Shown here: one piece after another, positions 57,501-64,000 of the stretch
Position numbering within the stretch: the stretch's first letter is position 1
How the letters are laid out: each line of letters starts with the position of its first letter
Source of the DNA: the human T2T-CHM13v2.0 reference genome, Homo sapiens
Direction: 5' to 3' (one strand)
DNA length: 64,000 nucleotides
Assembly: GCF_009914755.1 (NCBI RefSeq)
Contig: NC_060945.1
Notes under the pieces: generated by a model
What the model was told of the DNA's origin: nothing
Databases searched by the model: none
The model's input: only the letters and a program-made list of their open reading frames with translations
Translations under genes and position numbers: made by a program

Positions 57501-60500
57501 AGTCCATTCCATCGAGTCCATGTCATTTCATTCCATTGCATTCCATTGCATTCCATTCCATTCCATTCCATTCCATTCCATTCCATTTGATTGCATTTCA
57601 TTTTATTCCATTCCTTTTGAGTCCATTCCATTCCAGTCCATTCCATTCGAGTCCATTCCATTCGATTCTATTGCATTCCAGTCCATTCCTTTTGATTCCA
57701 TTCCATTCGATTCCATTCCATTCGAGTCCATTCCATTCGAGTCCCTTCCTTTCGAGTCCATTCGATTACAGTCCATTCCATTCCACTCCATTCCTTTCCA
57801 TTGCATTCCATTCCATCTGATTGTGTTCCATTCGAGTCAATTCCATTCAAGTCCATTCCCTTCTAGTCATTTACATTCGAGTACATTCCAATCCTATCCA
57901 TCCATTTTGTTCCATTCCATTCGAGTCCATTCCATTCTAGTCCATTCCAATACAATCCATTACAATCGAGTCCATCCCATTATTTATGATTCCATTCCAT
58001 TACATTGCATTCGAATCCATTCCATTTGAGTCCATTCTTTCGAGTCCATTCCATTGCACTCCATTCCATAAGATTCCATCCCATTCGAGTCCATCCTACT
58101 CGATTGCATTCCATTCGAGACCATTTGGTTTAATTCCATTCCACTCGAGTCCATTCCATTCAAATCCTTTTCATTCAAGTCCATTTCATTCAAGTACATT
58201 CCATTCCAGTCCCTTATATTCGAGTATATTCCATTCCATTCGATTTCATTCCATTCCATTCCATTCTATTCTATTTGATTCCATTCCATTTCACTCCATT
58301 CCATGTGTGTCCATTTGATTCCAGTCTTTTCCTTTACAGTCCTTTACATTCGAGTCCATTGCATTCCATTCCACTCCGTTTGATTCCATTCCATTTGATT
58401 GCATTTCATTCCCTTCGAATCCATTCCATTTGATTCCATTCCATTCGATTGCATTCCTTTCAAGTCCATTCCATTGGAGTCCATTCCATTCGAGTCCATT
58501 CCATTTCAGTCCATTCCATTTGATTCGATTCCAATCCATTCCATTCTCTTCCATTCCATTCCATGCGAAACCGTTCCCTTCTAGTTCACTTCATTCAATT
58601 CCTTTCTATTAGATTCCATTCCAATCAATTGCATTCCATTCGTGTCCATTCCTTTCGAGTACATTCCATTCAAATCCATTCCATTCTAGTCCATAGCATT
58701 CCATTCCATTACATTAGAGTCCATTCCATTCCATTCCATTCTATTCTGTTCCATTGCATTCCATTGCATTCGATTCCATTCCATTCGGGTCCATTCCATT
58801 CGAGCCCATTCCATTCCATTCCATTCGAGTCCGTTTCACCCCATTCCATTCCAGGCCAGTCCATTCCATTCGGTCCCATTCTAATTGATTCCATTAAATT
58901 TGATTCGATTCGATTCCATTCCATTCCATTCCAGTCCTTTCTATTGCATTTCATTGCATTCCATTCCATTCGATTCCATTCCATTCAATTCATTTACATT
59001 CTGCTCGATTCCATTCCATTCAATTTGTTTCCATTGCATTCCACTCCATTCCATTCCATTGCGTTCCTTTCCATTCCATTTAATTGCATTCAATTCAATT
59101 CCATTCCATTCCAATCCATTCCATTCCATTCCATTCCATTGCATTCAATTCCATTCCATTCGACTCCAGTCCTTTGGAGTCCATTCCTTTCCATTCCATT
59201 CCATTGCATTCAATTCCATTTCATTCGACTCCAGTGCTTTGGAGTCCATTCCATTCCATTCCATTCCACTCCACTGCACTAAACTCCATTCCATCCACTC
59301 CATTTCCTTCCATTCCACTCCTTTGGAATCCATTAACTCCATTCCATTCTATTCCATTCCATTCCATTGCATTACATTCCACTCCACTCCATTACACTCC
59401 ATTCCGTTCAATTCCACTCCTTCCCCTTCCATTATATTTGACTCCATTAAACTCCACACCCCTCCTCTACATTCAATTCCATTCCACCCCATTCCATTCC
59501 AGTCTATTACACTCCACTCCACTTCACCGCAATCCATTCGATTCCATTTGGTGCCGTTCGAATCCTTTCAATTTGATTCCATTCCATTTGATTCCATTCC
59601 ATTCGATTCCATTCCATTTAATTAGATTCCACTCCATTTGATTCCATTCCATTCGATCCCTTTTCATTTGATTTCATTCCATTCGATTCTGTTACATTCG
59701 ATTCTGTTCCATTCCATTCCATTGGATTCCATTCCGTTCCGTTCCATTCCATTCAATTCCTTTCCAGTCCATTCCTTTCCAGTCCATTACAATCGATTCC
59801 ATTCAATTGAATTCAATTCCACTAGATTCCATTCCGTTCAAGTCCATTTCATTCGAGTCCATTCAATTCCAGTCCATTCCATTCGAGTTCATTCCATTTG
59901 CTTCCATTCTTTTCCATTATATTACATTACATTACATTCTATTATATTTGATTCCAATCCATTCGAGTCGATTCCATTCCAGTCTATTCCATTCGATTCC
60001 ATTCTATTGAATTCCATTCCATTTGATTCCATTACATTAGATTCCATTCCATTCTATTGCATTCCATTCGAGTTCTTTCCATTCCAATCCATTCCATTCG
60101 AGTCCACTCAATTCCAGTCCATTACGTTTGGGTCCATTCCATTTCATTCCATTCTATTCCATTCCATTCCATTCCATTCCATTCCATTCTGTCCGATTCC
60201 ATTCCATTAGATTTCATTCCATTAGATTCTTTACCGTTTATCTCCATTCCACTCAATTACATTCCATTCGATTCCATTCCATTCCATTCCATACCATTCC
60301 ATTCCATTCGATTGCATTCCTTTCTATTCCATTCCATTCGGTTCTATTGCCATCGATTCCATTCCTTTCGATTCCTTTCCTTTTTAGTCCGTTCTATTCG
60401 AGTCCATTCCATTCGAGTCCATTCTATTCTATTGGATTCCATTCGAGACCATTCCATTCCATTTCATTCCATTAGATTCCATTCCATTCAAGACTTCCAC

Positions 60501-60875
60501 TCGATTCCATTCCTTTTGATTCCATTCCATTTCATTCCATTCCATTGCATTCCATTTGATTGCATTCCATTCAATTCCATTCCATTAAGTTAGATTTCAT
60601 TCCATTCTATTCCATTCTATTCAATTCCTTTCCTTTCGAGTCCTTTCCATTTGAGTTCATTCTAATCAATTCCATTTCCTTCCAGTCCATTCCATTCGAT
60701 TCCTTTCCATTCGATTCTATTCCATTCGATTCCATCCCGTTCGATTCCATTCCGTTCGATTACATGCCATTTGAGTCCATCCAATTGAATCCATTCAACT
60801 TCAGTCCATTGTATTAGAATCCATTCTATTCGTGTCCATTCCATTCCATTCCATTTTATTCCATTCGAGTACCTT

Positions 60876-61345
60876 CCATTCAATTCCATTCCCTTTGAAT
60901 CTGTTCCATTTCAGTCCATTCCATTCGAGTCCATTCCATTCCAGTACATTTCATTCGAGTCCATTCCATTCGATTCCATTCTATTCCTTTCCATTCCATT
61001 CGATTCCATTCCATTCGATTAGATTCCATTTGGGACCGTTGTATTACACTCCATTCCATTAGAGTCTATTCCATTCCATTCCATTCCAGTCCGTTCCGTT
61101 GCATTCCACTCCATTCAATTCCATTCCCTTTGAATCTGTTCCATTTCAGTCCATTCCATTCGAGTCCTTTCCATTCCAGTACATTTCATTCGAGTCCATT
61201 CCATTCGATTCCATTCTATTACTTTCCATTCCATTTGATTCCATTCCATTCGATTAGATTCCATTTGGGACCGTTCTATTACACTGCATTCCATTAGAGT
61301 CCATTCTATTCCATTCCATTCCAGTCCATTCCATTGCATTCCACT
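60876..61345 (+). repeat. 235-bp tandem duplication
   Basis: CAATTCCATTCCCTTTGAATCTGTTCCATTTCAGTCC at 60881/61116 and TGGGACCGTT at 61031/61266. Confidence 0.9.
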
Positions 61346-62573
61346 CCAGTCAATTCCATTCCATTCAATTCCAATTCATTCCAGTCCATCCCATTCCAGT
61401 CCATTCCATTCCTTTCCTTTCCATTCCATTCCGTTCAATTCCATTCCATTCCATTCCATTCCATACCATTCCACTCCATTCCATGCCATTTCAGTCCATT
61501 CCTTTTGAGTCCATTCCGTTCCATTCCTTTCAAATCTATTCCATTCCATTCCATTCGGTTCCATTCCATGCCATTAGATTCTATTCCATTCCATTGTGTT
61601 ACATTCAATTCCATTCCATTCCATTTGAATCCATTCCACTATATTCCATTCCATTCCCTTCCCTTCCTTTCGATTTCATTCCATTTGATTTGATTCGATT
61701 CCTTTCCATTCCAATCCATTCCATTCCATTAAATTCTATTCCATTCCATTCGATTCCATTTCATTCGATTCAATTCCATTCGATTCCATTCCACTCCAGG
61801 CCATTTCATTTGAGTCCGTTCCATTCCATTAAATTCTATTCCATTCTATTCCACTCCATTCCATTCCATTCTTTTCCATTCCATTCCTTTCCTTTCAGGA
61901 CCATTCCATTCCTTTCCATTCCATTCGATTCCATTCCATTCCATTTGATTCCATTCTGTTCATTTCCATTCCATTCGATTGCATTCCATTCCAGTCCATT
62001 CCATTCGAGTCCATTCCATTTCTATTCCTTTCATTTCCATTCCTTTCCATTCGAGTCCATTCCATTCCACTCGATTCTATTCCATGTGATTCCATTGCAT
62101 TCCAGACCGTTCCATTCCGTTCCATTCAATTCGAGTCCATTCCATTCGATTACATTTCATTAGATTCCATTTCATTCGATTCCATTCCATTCGAGTCCAT
62201 TCCATTCCATTCCATTCCAGTCCATTCCATTCGAATCCATTCTCTTCTATTCCATTCCATTCCATACCGCTCCGTTCTACTTTACTCCACTCCACCACAC
62301 TAAATTCCATTATATCCAACTCCATTCCATGCCATTCCACTCCTCTCCTCTGCACTGCACTCCACAGCGCTCCATTCCACTCCATCCCATTCTATTCTGC
62401 TCCATTCCACTGCAATCTTCTCCACCCCACTCATCTCCACTTCATTCCATTCCATTCCATTCCATCTCATTGCATGCGTCTCCATTCTAGTCAACTCTAC
62501 TTCACCCCACTCTTCTCCACTTCAGTCCACTCCATTCGATTCCATTCCATTTCCCTGCATTCTGTTCTATTCC

Positions 62574-62637
62574 TTTCTTTTGAAAGTATCTCACTCTGTC
62601 ACCCAGCCTGCAGCGCAGTGGCACAATCTCAGCTCAC
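62574..62637 (-). mobile_element. Alu 3'-end fragment, copy 1
   Basis: TTTCTTTTGAAAGTATCTCACTCTGTCACCCAGCCTGCAGCGCAGTGGCACAATCTCAGCTCAC aligns to the reverse complement of the Alu 3' end (compare 17041-17099 in this window). Confidence 0.9.
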
Positions 62638-62835
62638 ATTTCATTTCATCATTCCATTGCATTCCATTCCACTCTATTCCACTCTACTCCACTCCACTCC
62701 AATCCATTCCACTCCACTCCACTCCAGTCCATTCCACTCCACTCCTTTCCATTCCATCCCATTTCATTCCACTCCTTTCCACTCCACACCAATCCTCCCC
62801 ACTCCATTCCATTCCACTCCTTTCCTTTCCATTCC

Positions 62836-62899
62836 TTTCTTTTGACAGGATCTCACTCTGTCACCAAGACTTGTGTGCAGTGGCAGAATCTCATCTCAT
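62836..62899 (-). mobile_element. Alu 3'-end fragment, copy 2
   Basis: TTTCTTTTGACAGGATCTCACTCTGTCACCAAGACTTGTGTGCAGTGGCAGAATCTCATCTCAT. Confidence 0.85.
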
Positions 62900-63027
62900 A
62901 TTTTACTTCACCATTTCATTCCATTCCATTCTGTTCCACTGCACTCCACTCCACTCCACTGAATTCTACTCCACTCCACTCCAATCGATTCCTTTCCATT
63001 CCATTCCAATCCCTTCCATTCCACTCC

Positions 63028-63090
63028 TTTCTTTCAACAGGATCTCCCTCTGTCACACAGGCTGTAGCACGTGGCGTAATCTCAACACAC
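63028..63090 (-). mobile_element. Alu 3'-end fragment, copy 3
   Basis: TTTCTTTCAACAGGATCTCCCTCTGTCACACAGGCTGTAGCACGTGGCGTAATCTCAACACAC. Confidence 0.8.
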
Positions 63091-63628
63091 ATTCCTTTTC
63101 ACCATTTCATTCCATTCCATTTCATTCCATTCCATTCCATTCCATTACAATTCATTCCATTCCACTGCATTCCTTTTCACTCTATTCCAGTCCACTCCAC
63201 TCCATTTCATTCCACCGCATTCCATTCCACTCTTTTCCACTCTTTTCCACTCCATTCCACTCCATTCCATTTCATTCCACTCCATTCCATTTCACTCCAC
63301 TCCACTCCTCTCCACTCCATTCCACTCCACTCCACTCCATTCCACTCCACTCCATTCCATTTCATTCCATTCCACTCCATTCCTTTCCCTTCCACTCCGT
63401 TCCTTTCCCTTCCATTCCATTCCATTCCATTGCATTCTACTCCACTCCACTCGTTTCCTCTCCCTTCCATTACACTCCACTCATTTCCTTACCATTCCAT
63501 TCCTTACCATTCCATTCCACTCCACTCCTTTCCATTCCATTGCAGTCCACTCCACTCCGCTCCACTCCACTCCACTTCACTGTACTCCTTTTCACTCCAT
63601 TCCATTTCACTCAATTGCATTCCATTCC

Positions 63629-63692
63629 TTTCTTTCGACACTATATCAGTGTGTCACTCAGGCTGGAGAGCAGTGGCACAGTCCCTGCTCAC
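63629..63692 (-). mobile_element. Alu 3'-end fragment, copy 4
   Basis: TTTCTTTCGACACTATATCAGTGTGTCACTCAGGCTGGAGAGCAGTGGCACAGTCCCTGCTCAC. Confidence 0.8.
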
Positions 63693-64000
63693 ATTACATG
63701 ACAACTTTCCATTTCATTGCATTCTATTTCATTGCATTCTATTGCATTCCATTCCATTCCATTCTATTCCATTCTATTCCTTTCCACTCCACTCCACTCC
63801 ACAACATTCCATCCCATTCCACTCCACTCCACTCTACTACATTACATCACATCCAATTCCATTCCACTCCATTCCACTCCTCTCCACTCCCCTTCTCTCT
63901 AAACCACTCCATTTCACTCCATCCCATTCCATTCCGCTCCATTCCACTGGACTCCGCTCCACCCCACTCCACTCCACTTCTTTCAATTCCATTCCATCCC

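Larger units (their letters stand above)
26301..62260 (+). repeat. Satellite domain B: CpG-bearing pentamer array rich in CATTCGAGTC, CATTCGATTC, CATTTGATTC and GAGACC
   Basis: Very frequent TCGA (TaqI) and GANTC (HinfI) words from 26401 onward, and CACTC is scarce. The vocabulary resembles DYZ1-type HSat3 as I remember it (not verified). Boundaries are approximate. Confidence 0.85.
62261..64000 (+). repeat. Satellite domain C: CACTC-rich array interspersed with repeated Alu fragments (composite repeat)
   Basis: Return to CACTC-rich, CpG-poor pentamers after ~62270, with four embedded ~60-bp non-pentamer segments. Runs off the window end. Confidence 0.8.

Noticed and set aside
26301-62260. 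Assignment to HSat2 (HSATII) because of frequent CATTCGATTC
   Set aside because: I saw no ATGATG-type 23/26-bp periodicity, and 5-bp phase is kept over long stretches. HSat3-like fits better, though a k-mer classifier is needed to settle it.
62574-63692. CRISPR-like repeat/spacer arrangement of the four ~60-bp elements
   Set aside because: The repeats are diverged Alu pieces and the spacers are 130-540 bp of satellite. There are no cas genes and the context is eukaryotic.
62580-63701. 373-aa ORF containing less repetitive patches (ISLCHQDLCAVA, LESSGTV)
   Set aside because: The patches are translations of the Alu fragments and the rest is satellite.

Overview
The whole window is primate (human/great-ape-type) satellite DNA built on the pentamer (CATTC)n/(GGAAT)n, i.e. 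diverged Human Satellite 3-like heterochromatin. The C-rich strand is on + throughout and I saw no inversion. I find no credible protein-coding gene, RNA gene or CRISPR array; every ORF in the track is an artefact of a stop-poor pentamer repeat. There are three satellite domains: (A) about 1-26,300, CACTC-rich and CpG-poor; (B) about 26,300-62,260, rich in TTCGA(G/A/T)TC and GAGACC and CpG-bearing; (C) about 62,260-64,000, CACTC-rich again. Domain A carries one full-length minus-strand AluY (17,021-17,322) with a 12-bp target-site duplication. It lies in one copy of a ~2.7-3 kb tandem duplication whose second copy keeps the empty site. Domain C carries four co-oriented, identically truncated ~60-bp Alu 3'-end fragments separated by satellite, which looks like an Alu-fragment/satellite composite repeat and is the most unusual structure here. 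Nested tandem duplications of 15 bp to 3 kb, two perfect heat-shock elements, B-box-like words and a recurrent short dyad are also visible. All alignments were done by eye; species, chromosome and HSat subfamily cannot be fixed from this window alone.
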